Assembly: GCA_030141605.1 (NCBI GenBank)
Contig: JAQGDQ010001577.1
Coordinates: forward strand, 1 to 33,983
DNA from: Tubiluchus corallicola
Lineage: Eukaryota > Animalia > Priapulida
Direction of reading: 5' to 3'
DNA length: 33,983 nt
Positions 20,937-33,867 of this stretch are shown piece after piece. A model generated the notes under the pieces. The model ran no database searches. It saw only the letters and a program-made list of their open reading frames with translations, and was not told where the DNA came from. The translations under genes were made by a program, and so were the position numbers. Every line of letters starts with the position of its first letter. Position 1 is the stretch's first letter.

Positions 20937-21507
20937 TATGTACAAAACGACAATAAATAGATCCTAATTTTTTAAAAATCATGCAGCAATGATAAAAACG
21001 TAGACATGGCGGAAAAAATAAGGGCACAAATAGATTTTCCAAGAACAAAAGGAAAATGGCAGATTGTAAATATAGCAGTCTCCTGTAAACCAAGCATACT
21101 TAGCTTTGCCATTTTAAAATTAGTGCTGTTGTAGTGGCTGTTCTCGGAAACCCCCTAAGTTTTAGCAATCAGAAAAATTCAGAGATTGCAAAAGAATTTA
21201 CGGTACAATGGAATTTAAATCCTGGTCATAAAAAATCGGCTTGAACGACGGGCATAATTTTTCCCGAGAGACATTCTCCAAGCAAAGTGTTCATGATGTT
21301 GCAGTGTTCATGATGTTGCAGTGAGAAGAGCAACAAGAGTTACTTAGAAGATGAGATTAATTACATGTGCAAATACTAAACAGCATTAATCCAGCATTTA
21401 TCAAATGAGCATGTGCACTTTTGTGAGAAATGTTAACGATGTCAAATGTGTAGAACACCTGATCAGCCACACGACAATAACTCCACAAAACACAGAGAAA
21501 GATCAAA

Positions 21508-22660
21508 AGTGTGTGATGTCATTGTTTCAAGCCCGTGTGTTGAATGTGATGTTAATCAATGGAGTGTGATGTGATTGTGCGAGCCTGTTTGTTGAGTGTG
21601 ATGTTAATCACAACAGTGTGACGTGATTGTGCAAAAATATGTGTTGAATGTGATGTTAATCAATGGAGTGTGATGTGATTGTGCAAGCCTGTTTGTTGAG
21701 TGCGATGTTAATCAAAAGTGTGATGTGATTGTGCAAGCCTGTGTGTTGAATGTGATGTTAATCAATGGAGTGTGATGTGATTGTGCAAGCCTGTGTGTTC
21801 AATGTGATGTTAATCAATGGAGTGTGATGTGATTGTGCAAGCCTGTGTGTTGAATGTGATGTTAATCAATGGAGTGTGATGTGATTGTGCAAGCCTGTGT
21901 GTTGAACTGATTTAAATACTGTGATGCAATTGTGCAAGCCTGTTTGTTGAGTGTGATGTTAATCAAAAGTGTGATGTGATTGTGCAAGCCTGTGTGTTGA
22001 ATGTGATGTTAATCAATGGAGTGTGATGTGATTGTGCAAGCCTGTTTGTTGAACTGATTTAAATACTGTGATGCAATTGTGCAAGCCTGTTTGTTGAGTG
22101 TGATGTGATTGTGCAAGCCTGTGTGTTGAATGTGATGTTAATCAATGGAGTGTGATGTGATTGTGCAAACCTGTGTGTTCAATGTGATGTTAATCAATGG
22201 AGTATGATGTGATTGTGCAAGCCTGTTTGTTGAATGTGATGTTAATCAATGGAGTGTGATGTGATTGTGCAAGCCTGTGTGTTGAATGTGATGTTAATCA
22301 ATGGAGTGTGATGTGATTGTGCAAACCTGTGTGTTCAATGTGATGTTAATCAATGGAGTATGATGTGATTGTGCAAGCCTGTGTGTTGAATGTGATGTTA
22401 ATCAATGGAGTGTGATGTGATTGTGCAAGCCCGTGTGTTGAATGTGATGTTAATCAATGGAGTGTGATGCGATTGTGCAAGCATGTGCATTGAATCTGAT
22501 GTTAATCAATGGAGTGTGATGCGATTGTGCAAGCCTGTTTGTTGAATGTGATGTTAATCAATGGAGTGTGATGCGATTGTGCAAGCATGTGCATTGAATG
22601 TGATGTTAATCAATGGAGTGTGATGCGATTGTGCAAGCCTGTGTGTTAAATATGATGTGC
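21508..22660. repeat. 52-bp minisatellite (gtgtgatgtgattgtgcaagcctgtgtgttgaatgtgatgttaatcaatgga), about 22 copies
   Basis: Visible periodicity; sequence unrelated to the neighbouring 52-mer. Confidence 0.96.
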
Positions 22661-24949
22661 ACATAAGTGACAAAGCCAAAAAAGCCATGCAAAACATGTG
22701 AGTTTCTGTGCTACTTTCTTTAACTATTCTCGTAAGAATGCCATTAAGTTCAGAAGACAACTTGCAACATCTCATTTTACATTCCTACTGTTCTTTGCAC
22801 TCAAGGAAAACCTGGGTAATGGATAATTACAGTATTTACATAAACACTTAGCACCTGTAAACGGTAGAGGCACAACTAGATATGATTACACACCATGGAA
22901 TTGAAGCAGCAGTGCATCATTAAGTCTATTAGCAGTTCAGCAGCAATTAATACCCACAGGGGTGACTGTTCGACTATTAACTGTACTCATGGAACAGTTG
23001 AGGACTCTATTCAAGCCTTGTTTGATGCCTGAGGTGGATATGTAATTCACTAAATATAAAATGTGTATAATCTTTTCTATAGCCTTGACCTATCCTTTAT
23101 GCGTCTATTGTGACTGTCTTAAAAGTTTAGATTACCACAGGTGATTTGTTTAGATATCTAAAACAAAATTGGGCCCAATCTTAAACTGTAGATCAAAACA
23201 ATCTGCTCTCCGAAATACTAAAAGGAAGCATATTAATTCTTCAAAAATGACTCACGTGAAAAATTACCACACAATTGATCGCAATTTCGAATTCTCCCCC
23301 ACTAGCACCTGTATTTCGGAAATGCATTGCACAAAAAACAGGCGCTGAACCTCACAGTTCAGATTTGTTAGTTTGTGACGAACTACACGCGTTTGACAGT
23401 TCATGCGTGAGCGCAGCCGTAAACTTAAAATTTGAAATTATATCTTAAAACTTGCCGAGTTTTTGTAAAACACACTGAATATCTCACAATGTACTCCAAT
23501 TGTTTCTTTTGCAAACACGTGGAATGTTTTGGTTGTTGAAAATTATGTTAGTTTGTGATGTCATGAATAGTTGGACTTGCTGTCCTTTAACTAAGACCTT
23601 TAATTTTAAATTTTTAACGAATTCCCCTTCATCCACACGCGTCTGGGTACACAAGATTCCTCTTTGGATGACCAGGTTTTCAATCAACAATTACAATGAT
23701 ATGATAGTTATGATCACAGCTGGGACTACCCAAAGCACCATCACAGAATGAAGCCAAGTCAAACAATGCCTTAGACCATGTCACCAGAGACGCATTCCAT
23801 GAAGCCATTTCAGCAAATTAACGAATAACAAAGGCGGCGTTTGGCTGGCAACACTAGCTGAGCTGTTTGCATTACGTACTGGGGGGGGGGGGGTGAGAGA
23901 GGCGTGCAGTAGACAATAATGCAGAATATTTCCATTTTAGTAACTAAGCCTGCTGGTTTTCAGCACTACAATTGGCTTTGAGGAATTCAGTCATTTGTAA
24001 AAAATGGTCTATTTGACGCCTGTTATAAATATTTGGTCTTTTGGCACCAAAGTTGCGCTTGAAAACCATGAACAACAGAGTCATTGCTACCATTTTCTGC
24101 TTATAATTATTTCAGGTCTCACATCTATGCCTATAATCACTATATCGAGCATCCATTGACACGTTTTGGCAGTTTTGCCAGATTTTAAGTAATGTGGAGC
24201 AAAATTATTAGGGCAAATCTACCCTAATGAATATTACGGTTGCTTAATGCAGAGTGAAGCTAATTTGTTTAACAACGGGACTAGCCTATTCCGAAGTTGA
24301 CTAGCCCCGATCTTTAGGTGTTACATATTCTTGCATAATAGCGAACAACAGGGCTTGCTTACAGATTGAACCTGCCTATTTACAACCTCAGGTAACGTCC
24401 ATAAACTACTCCAGCAAGCTGACAGTGTAGGTAAATTCATCCCTGAGGTCACAACGGAGATAAATGTACAAGCTTATCTAGATGTAGGCTAAATTATTCA
24501 GTAATCCAGAAATTGCTAAAAGTGCCATGATTCACCATAATCCCTCGGATTTAACTGATTTAACCAAAGTTTGATCAGGTAAAGGTAGGATATGCAAAGT
24601 ACAATCAGCGTTCGGCGCACAGGTAAACCCTTTCATGTTTCACAGATCAAAGAGATGCCGACCAGGTGAGCTTTAACATGAGATAACTGAGAATATTGAC
24701 GGTTTAGGATGATCAACAAACGCAACTGTAGAGGCACACAATTAGGGCACACAAAACACCCCAAAAACATCGTTTTATAATGTTACATTTCTAAATAAGA
24801 CCAGCAGTGCAATATTATAGCATATTTTGTCTATTGCAATGCAATTAGCCCAACGAAACCACACATCACAGTAACTGTTACACGACACGTATGTTATAAC
24901 AGATGATGATGGTCTAGCAAAATGTGAAAAAAGAATAGTACAGACAATG

Positions 24950-25170
24950 TACCACTAGTATAACACACTGTAACAAAATACAGTAAGGTGTGGAACAGTA
25001 CGATGCAGTGCAATGTCTTGCAGTGCATGACAACAGAGCACAGTACTAGGGGAGTACAATACACTACAATACAGTACAGTACGGTACAGTACAGTATGGT
25101 AAAATGAAGTACAGTACAACACAGAACAGTACAGTACAACACAGAACAGTACACTACAGTAGTGCAGCAC
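24950..25170. repeat. Degenerate (cagta)n pentanucleotide tract
   Basis: acagtacagtacggtacagtacagt runs. Confidence 0.8.
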
Positions 25171-25872
25171 AGTCTGAACAATAATGGTTGTAGTTTGCAA
25201 ATTACAAAGTCTACTCGTCACCTCTTTACAAAATGCAAAATATCCAAAAAGACTAATGGCATATTAATGCTTAAACGTAAGATAAAAAGTCAATTTGTTG
25301 AAGGAAGGCAAGACACAACAATGCAACTGTTTAGCAACACAAGTTTGAATATAAAATATACAGTGTTTTCAATGACTTGCACTGCAGCCATGATGTGCAT
25401 TCTGATTAGAAACAGACGGAGAAAATCATTCTACATTCTACAACATCGCATCACAAAAAGTTGTCATGTTTTGAGGCAGCTAAACATTTTCTAACCAATA
25501 TTGTTTTTCTTTTCGTGCAAAACTTACACAAGCTTAGAAAAGCTTTAGATGACATGAAAGCATCCTCTTTACACGTGAGAAGCAGAAAGGTGACGTCACT
25601 AGCAGTTTGCTCTTCTGAGACTGAGAGAGAGGGGGGGGGAGAGCTGCGTGAGAAGTATAATCACACTGAAATATAGAACGAAGCAAGGTCGGCAGGGACA
25701 TTTCCATTTAAACCCCCTAAGATTGTACAGTAATAGTAATTGATGGGCTGACAATCTAATGGAATCTTGTACTGAATTGCAGTCATTTTGCTGAGGTGCT
25801 GCCAGGAATGATTAATCCTACACCTGAATGGACTTAGGTGCTCGTTTAATTAGGTCTTGAGGACTGTTTGTG

Positions 25873-26249
25873 GGTCTTGGGGCGTACTAACATGCCGTGT
25901 GAAACAAAGCAAAAGGGAAGGCCTTGGGGCGTACTAACATGCCGTGTGAAACAAAGCAAAAGGGAAGGTCTTGGGGCGTACTAACATGCCGTGTGAAACA
26001 AAGCAAAAGGGAAGGTCTTGGGGCGTACTAACATGCCGTATGAAACAAAGCAAAAGGGAAGGCCTTGGGGCGTACTAACATGCCGTGTGAAACAAAGCAA
26101 AAGGGAAGGCCTTGAGGCATACTAACATGCCGTGTGAAAAAAAGCAAAAGGGAAGGTCTTGGGGCGTACTAACATGCCGTGTGAAATAAAGCAAAAGGGA
26201 AGGCCTTGGGGCGTACTAACATGCCGTGTGAAACAAAGCAAAAGGGAAG
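25873..26249. repeat. 47-bp tandem repeat, 8 near-identical copies
   Basis: Unit cttggggcgtactaacatgccgtgtgaaacaaagcaaaagggaagg(c/t), contiguous with no spacers. Confidence 0.97.
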
Positions 26250-26594
26250 TCCCAAATTTAAAAAAATTCTACTCTTTCAGAAAGAATATCAGATGGAAAA
26301 ATCAGTGATTTGCACATGCTTCACCTTTGGCTAATTAATAACTAATTATTTTAACTAATTAGTCTGGTGCAGTACTGTTTGTTACATTTGTATTAAACCT
26401 TCCTAGGAGAAACAATACTGCATTTGTAGGTGGAGCAGCAAGCAGTTAATAAAAAGTGTTCACAGAAAGCCAACATTACAGGTAATAAGAGTCGTTTGTG
26501 TCAGAAAAGGGCAAACACCTTGGGCTCAGAAAGAAGCCAGGCAGTGCATATAGTCACAAAAGCACAGCCATGCACATATATCATAATCCTGCAG

Positions 26595-28000
26595 TGTACA
26601 TGCTCAGCAGAAGCCAGTATTCTATCTTACAGGAAGTGAGCATTGTTCTTGTTTGCAGGAAATCAGCACTGTATGTGCTCAGCAGGCAGAAGTCAGTATT
26701 CTATCTTTCAGGAAACCAGCACAGTACATGCTCAATGGAAGCCAGTATTCTATCTTACAGGAAGTCATCATTGTCCCTGTTTGCAGGAAACCAGCACTGT
26801 ATATGCTCAGCAGGCAGAAGTCAGTATTCTATCTTCCAGGAAATCAGCATTGTTCTTGTTTGCAGGAATCCAGCATTGTATGTGCTCAGCAGTAGCCAGT
26901 ACTCTATCTTACAGGAAGTCATCATTGTCCTTGTTTGCAGGAATCCAGCACTGTACGTGCTCAGCAGGCAGAAGTCAGTATTCTATCTTACAGGAAGTCA
27001 TCATTGTCCTTGTTTGCAGGAATCCAGCATTGTATATGCTCAGTGGAAACCAGTATTCTATCTTACAGGAAACCAGCATTGTCCTTGTTTGCAGGAATCC
27101 AGCATTGTATATGCTCAGCAGAAGCCAGTACTCTATCTTACAGGAAGTCATCATTGTCCTTGTTTGCAGGAATCCAGCATTGTATATGCTCAGCAGAAGC
27201 CATTACTCTATCTTACAGGAAGTCATCATTGTCCTTGTTTCCAGGAAACCAGCACTGTACGTGCTCAGCAGGCAGAAGTCAGTATTCTATCTTACAGCAA
27301 GTCATCATTGTCCTTGTTTGCAGGAATCCAGCATTGTATATGCTCAGCAGAAGCCATTACTCTATCTTACAGGAAGTCATCATTGTCCTTGTTTCCAGGA
27401 AACCAGCACTGTACGTGCTCAGCAGGCAGAAGTCAGTATTCTATCTTACAGCAAGTCATCATTGTCCTTGTTTGCAGGAATCCAGCATTGTATATGCTCA
27501 GCAGAAGCCATTACTCTATCTTACAGGAAGTCATCATTGTCCTTGTTTCCAGGAAACCAGCACTGTACGTGCTCAGCAGGCAGAAGTCAGTATTCTATCT
27601 TACAGGAAGTCATCATTGTCCTTGTTTGCAGGAATCCAGCATTGTATATGCTCAGCAGAAGTCAGTATTCTATCTTACAGGAAGTCATCATTGTCCTTGT
27701 TTCCAGGAAACCAGCACTGTACGTGCTCAGCAGGCAGAAGTCAGTATTCTATCTTACAGGAAGTCATCATTGTCCTTGTTTGCAGGAATCCAGCATTGTA
27801 TATGCTCAGCAGAAGTCAGTATTCTATCTTACAGGAAGTCATCATTGTCCTTGTTTGCAGGAATCCAGCATTGTACGTGCTCAGCAGGCAGAAGTCAGTA
27901 TTCTATCTTACAGGAAGTCATCATTGTCCTTGTATGCAGGAATCCAGCATTGTATATGCTCAGCAGAAGCCAGTATGCTATCTTACAGGAAGTGAGCATT
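26595..28000. repeat. 75/79-bp tandem repeat forming 154-bp dimers, about 18 monomers
   Basis: Alternate units differ by a 4-bp aggc insertion and linked substitutions; source of the 515, 450 and 360-aa ORFs. Confidence 0.96.
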
Positions 28001-28318
28001 TATGTTCTCGCGTGTAACCAGTATTGTCCCTCTTACATGAATTAGACTCTTAACGAAGCATTTATGTACTCAGGTGAAGCCAATAATGTGTGCAAACATG
28101 AAGCCAAAAGTGTGTATTTTATACGATAGTATTCCTGATAATGGACTTTGCCTTTTTTATTGTCTCTTGTAATTATAAAGGTTATCGAGGAATGTACTCA
28201 CAGGGGACCAATATTGCACCTGCACTGCTTTAAAGAAGACAGTTCTGTTTAGTACCAAAGAAATTTCAAGGAAGCCAAAATAACACAGCAAATGCATTGT
28301 ATTTGTTAGGCTCGTCTG

Positions 28319-28715
28319 AATAAGCCTTTTCACAGTTCCAGCGATTGATGATGATCGTGAAAAGGTCAAAGGTCAAGTGTACCAGATAACGCTTTTGTGT
28401 ACACTTGACAGCGCCCTGCAGCCTAAGCCTCGCTGTCATGATAGTAGCAGTTTTAACAGCTAGCTAGAACTTTACCTAGTTCATTTTTTCTATTTCCAAG
28501 CAAGATCCTGCTAGTCTATCACGCCACACACAGATTAATGCATAAAAAAGTAAATTCCACGTAAAACAACTGAAGTTACTGCACTGATGTGGCCGACGAC
28601 TTTGCTTTACCCACACGTCACATGGCGGTTGTAGCTAAAATCCATTCCTGTGGTACACTTAACCTTTGACCTACAACACTGCGCAAGCGCACAACGAAAC
28701 CGTGAAAAGTTTATT
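28319..28715 (-). mobile_element. MITE family A, copy 2 (complete, about 397 bp; possibly PIF/Harbinger-ISL2EU related)
   Basis: Terminal IRs aataagccttttcac...gtgaaaagtttatt and subterminal IR aggtcaaaggt(c/t)aagtgtacca. The superfamily assignment is tentative. Confidence 0.85.
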
Positions 28716-29149
28716 GGAGCAACAGAAGGCTTGACTAACCATTCGATTATTTTACCAAGTTACCCGAGCATTTTGATAATGGGAAACAGGTAATTAATGG
28801 AAGTGGATAATGAAGCCGAGAAGCCCTTCTCAATTACCCTGAACAATTCTCAACATTTCTGTTCACATTAGAGAACATTTGCTCAAATAACTATTTACAC
28901 GACATGTAATTCAGACAACGACAGCAGCTTTTTTGTGTGTTTGCAAGGCGAAACCTATATGTCTATAACAGCATGTGTAAGTATTGTAATGATATGTTGA
29001 TAAATATAATCAATATAAACGCCAAAGCAGGAAAACATGGTGGCGCCAAACATGATGAAACTGACAGTAAAAAAGATATAAGTAATGACCCATTTCAGAC
29101 TAATACGTTTGTCCGCTGACAGCAAACTTGCAAGTGTGAACTTCTTTGT

Positions 29150-29433
29150 GAAGTTACTGTTGGCAAGTTATTACAAAATGCTTGCCAGTTGCTGTGTGTT
29201 GATTCATACGAGTTACTGTCTAGTGTGAACACGTTACTGTCTAGTGTGAACGCGTTGGCAAGTTACTACAAACTGTTTGGCAGTTGCTGTGTGTCGATTC
29301 ATACGAGTTACTGTCTAGTGTGAACACGTTACTGTCTAGTGTGAATGCGTTGGCAGGTTACTACAGACTGTTTGGCAGTTGTCGTGTGCTGATTCCTACG
29401 AGTTACTGTCTAGTGTGAACGTGTTGGCAAGTT
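29150..29433. repeat. Roughly 95-bp tandem repeat x3 with an internal gttactgtctagtgtgaac duplication
   Basis: tacgagttactgtctagtgtgaac occurs three times at about 95-bp spacing. Confidence 0.88.
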
Positions 29434-29553
29434 GCTCTCGACACTTGTCGCAGTGAATAGAGAAGTGAATGTCAGCTCCTGCTTACTGTTGGAGAGTAAC
29501 TCACATCAAAGATAAATATCTAAGTTAACATTGTAATTCAAATAATAACACCT

Positions 29554-29885
29554 ATAACTTTTTTCATAGTTTCGCTGTGCGCACGCGCAGTTGCTGTAGG
29601 TCAAGGAATAAGTGTACCACAGCAACGCGTCTTAACTACAGCTATCAAATCAGTTCATTAACTTCAGTTGTTTTACGTGGACTTCACTTAATTATGCATT
29701 AGCCTGTGTGTAGAGTGATTTATTAGTAGGATCTTGCTTGGGAACAAGAAAAAATGAATTAAGTAAGGTTCTAGCTAGCTGTTAAAACTATATATTCGTA
29801 TACAATAGCGAGGCGTTGTCAAGTGTACACAAATGCGTTGTCTGGTACACTTAACCTTTGACCTTTTCACGATCATCATCAATCA
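29554..29885 (+). mobile_element. MITE family A, copy 3 (internal deletions, right TIR missing)
   Basis: Collinear with 8529-8900. Confidence 0.85.
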
Positions 29886-30007
29886 GGTACCATTTTGATA
29901 CGACGTGACCACAGTGTCGAACACACGACCTCCCACATGGAAAGCAGACGTGTTACGAATTATACGAAAATTAACAAGACATTTCCCATTCGCGCTTCAA
30001 ACATTTC

Positions 30008-30612
30008 TGATATTTTCATAACTGTTGTATACATCTGTATGTTTATTAGTACATAGGAATGAAATACTGTTAATTGACTAATCACTCTATACTACCTTGT
30101 GACAGTAGGCTCAGCTAAACTATGAAGCCAGCTCAAGACTTAATACTGGCTAAGGTTTTGATATTTTTTATAACTGTTGTATACATTTGTATGTTCATTA
30201 GTACATAGGAATGAAATACTGTTAATTGACTAATCACTCTATACTACCTTGTGACAGTAGGCTCAGCTAAACGGTGAAGCCAGCTCAAGACTTAATACTG
30301 GCTAAGGTTTTGATATTTTTTATAACTGTTGTATACATTTGTATGTTCATTAGTACATAGGAATGAAATACTGTTAATTGACTAATCACTCTATACTACC
30401 TTGTGACAGTAGGCTCAGCTAAACTATGAAGCCAGCTCAAGACTTAATACTGGCTAAGGTTTTGATATTTTTTATAACTGTTGTATACATTTGTATGTTC
30501 ATTAGTACATAGGAATGAAATACTGTTAATTGACTAATCACTCTATACTACCTTGTGACAGTAGGCTCAGCTAAATGGTGAAGTCAGCTCAAGACTTAAT
30601 ACTGGCTAAGGT
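30008..30612. repeat. 152-bp tandem repeat x4
   Basis: gatatttt...ataactg occurs at 30009, 30160, 30312 and 30464. Confidence 0.97.
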
Positions 30613-30974
30613 ACTCCATCAAACTAACGGGATTAATCCTGGACACGTCATTTATTTTCTGCTACTTGCAGTTGTTCAGCTGTGAAGATCCATGTCCAAG
30701 AATGAACTTAATGCACGCTGGCAACTATACAAACACGATTATGTAATGAACTCAAAGGACGCCGGTAGGGGTTGTGTACTGAAGTCAAAGTGGGCTTGGT
30801 TTAACATAAGAAGGTTGTATGTCACTGACCTAAATAAATGGCTTCAGTTGGGAGGAGTAGTCTTGTGTGATGGCGTTTAAACGCCATTCACTATTACATC
30901 AATAACCACACAAGGCAGCTAACCGTAGAAATGCAGCAAAAAGCAAATGGTGAAAATGATGCTGAGAACATCAC

Positions 30975-31125
30975 CTATCCATCTGCTAGCCACACCCAAT
31001 GTAGCTTTACTAAGCACACATTGTAACAACTCAGGTACTGCCCTAAAGCCAACCAACCATCTGCTAACCACATCCAATGTTGCTTCACTAAGCACACATT
31101 GTATCAACTCATGTACTGCCCTAAA
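30975..31125. repeat. 78-bp tandem duplication
   Basis: ccatctgcta...gtactgccctaaa occurs at 30979 and 31057. Confidence 0.85.
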
Positions 31126-31146
31126 ACGATACATATACATATATAC

Positions 31147-31486
31147 AGCCTGAAGGCCTCACTCAAGGAGCTCAGCATGAATATTCGCTCAATGGAAACC
31201 CTTGCACAAGATCGCTCAGCATGGCGGAGTGCCATCACCACAAGGGCTAAGACAGCAGAGGCGAAAAGAATTGAGGAGGCAGAGGAGAAGCGCAGGAGAT
31301 GCAAGGCTTGTGACACTGCCCAACAACAGGTCCAAACACCCAGCCTCACCTATGCCAAATGCCAAAGAAGTTTCCAGGCCAGAATTGGCCTAGTCAGTCA
31401 CCTTCGAGCTCATCAAAGGAATGACAACCCCCCCAAACTGACCTTTTATCCCTGTTACTATGGTCATCTTCGATTCGAAGGACGAA

Positions 31487-31525
<39 letters not shown>
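31147..31525 (+). mobile_element. 5'-truncated RTE-clade LINE: ORF C-terminus, short 3' UTR and (CAT)n tail
   Basis: Translation SLKASLK...LAQDRSAWRSAI...EEKRRRCK...KCQRSFQARIGLVSHLRAH matches the typical RTE C-terminal DRxxWR and Cys/His motifs. It is followed by a hairpin and about 12 CAT repeats. Confidence 0.88.
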
Positions 31526-31699
31526 ATACACATGCATATATACGTGTTTGTTAATTAATGTATCACTTTTTAATCACCTACACTTAAAAAGAGGCCAGTA
31601 TTTGTAGGGACGTGTTCCTGTATGCGTTGTTTATTTAAGTTTCTGATTTGTTAATTATACTTGTGTTTATGTTTGTGAAATAAACCGTTTATTTATTTA

Positions 31700-31815
31700 T
31701 TTATTTATTTATTTTAGTAGTTAATGTGAGTAAAAGTAGGAAGTTACAGGTTTGCTATCAGTAATGATACTAAATATTTGCTTTCACAGCTCCTCTGGGA
31801 AGCTGCAATCATTCA
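31700..31815 (+). repeat. Left arm of a perfect inverted repeat (partner 33868-33983)
   Basis: Base-by-base reverse-complement identity over 116 bp. Confidence 0.95.
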
Positions 31816-32780
31816 AGCATGCCATGGTGTGTTGGTTACTGTACTAGACCATTCAAGCATGCCATGTGGTGTGTTAGTTACACAACTAGACCATTCAAGC
31901 ATGCATGGGGTGTGTTGGATACTGTACTAGACCATTCAAGCATGCCATGGGGTGTGTTGGTTACTGTACCAGACTTCAAGCCTGCCATGTGGTGTGTTGG
32001 TTACTGTACTGGGCCATTCAAGCATGCCATGGGGTGTGTTGGTGTTACTGTACTAGGCCATTCAAGCATGCCATGGGGGTGTGTTGGTTACTGTACTAGG
32101 CCATTCAAGCATGCCATGGGGTGTGTTGGTTACTGTACTAGGCCATTCAAGCATGCCATGGGGGTGTGTTGGTTACTGTGCTAGGCCATTCAAGCATGCC
32201 ATGGGGGTGTGTTGGTTACTGTACTAGGCCATTCAAGCATGCCATGGGGTGTGTTGGTTACTGTACTAGACCATTCAAGCATGCCATGGGGTGTGTTGGT
32301 TACTGTACTAGACCATTCAAGCATGCCATGTGGTGTGTCGGTTACTGTACTAGACCATTCAAGCATGCCATGGGGTGTGTCGGTTACTGTACTAGACCAT
32401 TCAAGCATGCCATGGGGGTGTGTTGGTTACTGTACTAGACCATTCAAACCTGCCATGGGGGTGTGTTGGTTACTGTACTAGACCATTCAAGCATGCCATG
32501 GTGTGTGTTGGTTACTGTACTAGACCATTCAAGCATGCCATGGGGTGTGTTGGTTACTGTACTAGACCATTCAAGCCTGCCATGTGGTGTGTTGGTTACT
32601 GTACTAGACCATTCAAGCATGCCATGGGGTGTGTTGGTTACTGTACTAGACCATTCAAGCATGCCATGGGGTGTGTTGGTTACTGTACTGGACCATTCAA
32701 GCATGCCATGGGGGTGTGTTGGTTACTGTACTAGACCATTCAAGCATGCCATGGGGTGTGTTGGTTACTGTACTAAACCA
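31810..32780. repeat. 42-bp minisatellite (ccattcaagcatgccatggggtgtgttggttactgtactaga), about 23 copies
   Basis: Visible periodicity with variable G-run length. Confidence 0.97.
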
Positions 32781-33011
32781 GCTAATGCTTGATTCCACAA
32801 GCTATCCTGATATCCAGCCCGTCTAGATAAAAATGGTTCCAAACATCAACATTGAAAAACTAATGAAATTAGACTAATCATTCTTAATGCAATATCTGTC
32901 CTTAAGAAATCTGATTAGTCTATCCAAGGCATCACCCATAATTGTGTACTGGTTTCCCTTAAACATATCATAGATTTCTGCTATTTGCATAAAGTTTTTT
33001 ATACTTGTTAA

Positions 33012-33745
33012 AGAAAAGGCCGGCCAAACATTCTGAGAAGTTGGGCTTATTTCAATATTCGCGAAAAATGTTACAATTATTTAGTAATAAAATCGCAATA
33101 AGTGCCCCGTGTAACTAGTAAAATCACTTTAAAATCACTTCATCACTTCATATTTTCAATGACCATTTTTCTTCCAGTGACGTCATTCGTCTTGAAGAAA
33201 ATTAGCGCACTGTCAATCTTCTTCAACAAGTTTTTTTCAAAAGTCAATTTTTGCAGATAGTCAATTTTATAACACTTTTACGTAAACATTAAGTAAACTG
33301 GAGACGTTTGAATTAGTTCAAGCTGCGCGCACTTACTGAAAGCCACGATGCGCTTACGAAAAGTCACGGAGTCTTCCAGTTACGTCACGAAGTCTTCCAG
33401 TTACGTCACGAAGTCTCCCAGTTACGTCCGCAGCAACCCCCACGCCTGAAAATTTCTACTCAGAGGTAGTATATTTTAAATTTATGCTTTATAGGCAGTT
33501 CTTTGCAAATCTCTTTGTTATATTTTTCTAAGTTTAAGAGACAACAGTGAGATGAAAGTTTAAGTGATAAACCCAACATACTGAGTGACTTGTTCTTTCT
33601 TTTAGCACACCACAAACAGTTTAAGTGATAACAGTAAAATAAACCCAACATGCTGAGTGATTTGTTCTTTCCTTTAGCACACCACAAACAGTTTAAGAGA
33701 TAACAGTAAAATAAACCCAACATACTGAGTGACTTGTTCTTTCCT
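33012..33745 (+). mobile_element. Kolobok-like non-autonomous element, copy 2
   Basis: TTAA at 33008-33011, ends gttctttcct|ttta. Shares blocks such as gtgtaactagtaaaatcactttaa and cacgatgcgcttacgaaaagt with copy 1. Confidence 0.78.
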
Positions 33746-33867
33746 TTTACAATCGAGTTAAATGAGTTCATTTTATAACGGCATAAAAATATAATCAAAA
33801 ACAACTGGCAATAGCGTAAACAATTAACAGTTTTAACAACCATCATGAGATGCAGTGATGACACGTG

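Noticed and set aside
18592-20967. Long Cys/Tyr/Leu-rich ORFs up to 533 aa
   Set aside because: They are translations of the 52-bp array, open in several frames at once, with no unique sequence or splice support.
25873-26249. CRISPR-like regular repeats (also considered for 4565-5380 and 31810-32780)
   Set aside because: No unique spacers, no cas genes, and a spliceosomal eukaryotic context.
26498-28045. ORFs of 515, 450 and 360 aa
   Set aside because: All three frames of the 75/79-bp array give the same permuted peptides.
28202-28244. Possible minus-strand exon with a strong gtgagt donor
   Set aside because: It has a TAA stop in the phase needed to join the 9127 exon and shows no C2 similarity.
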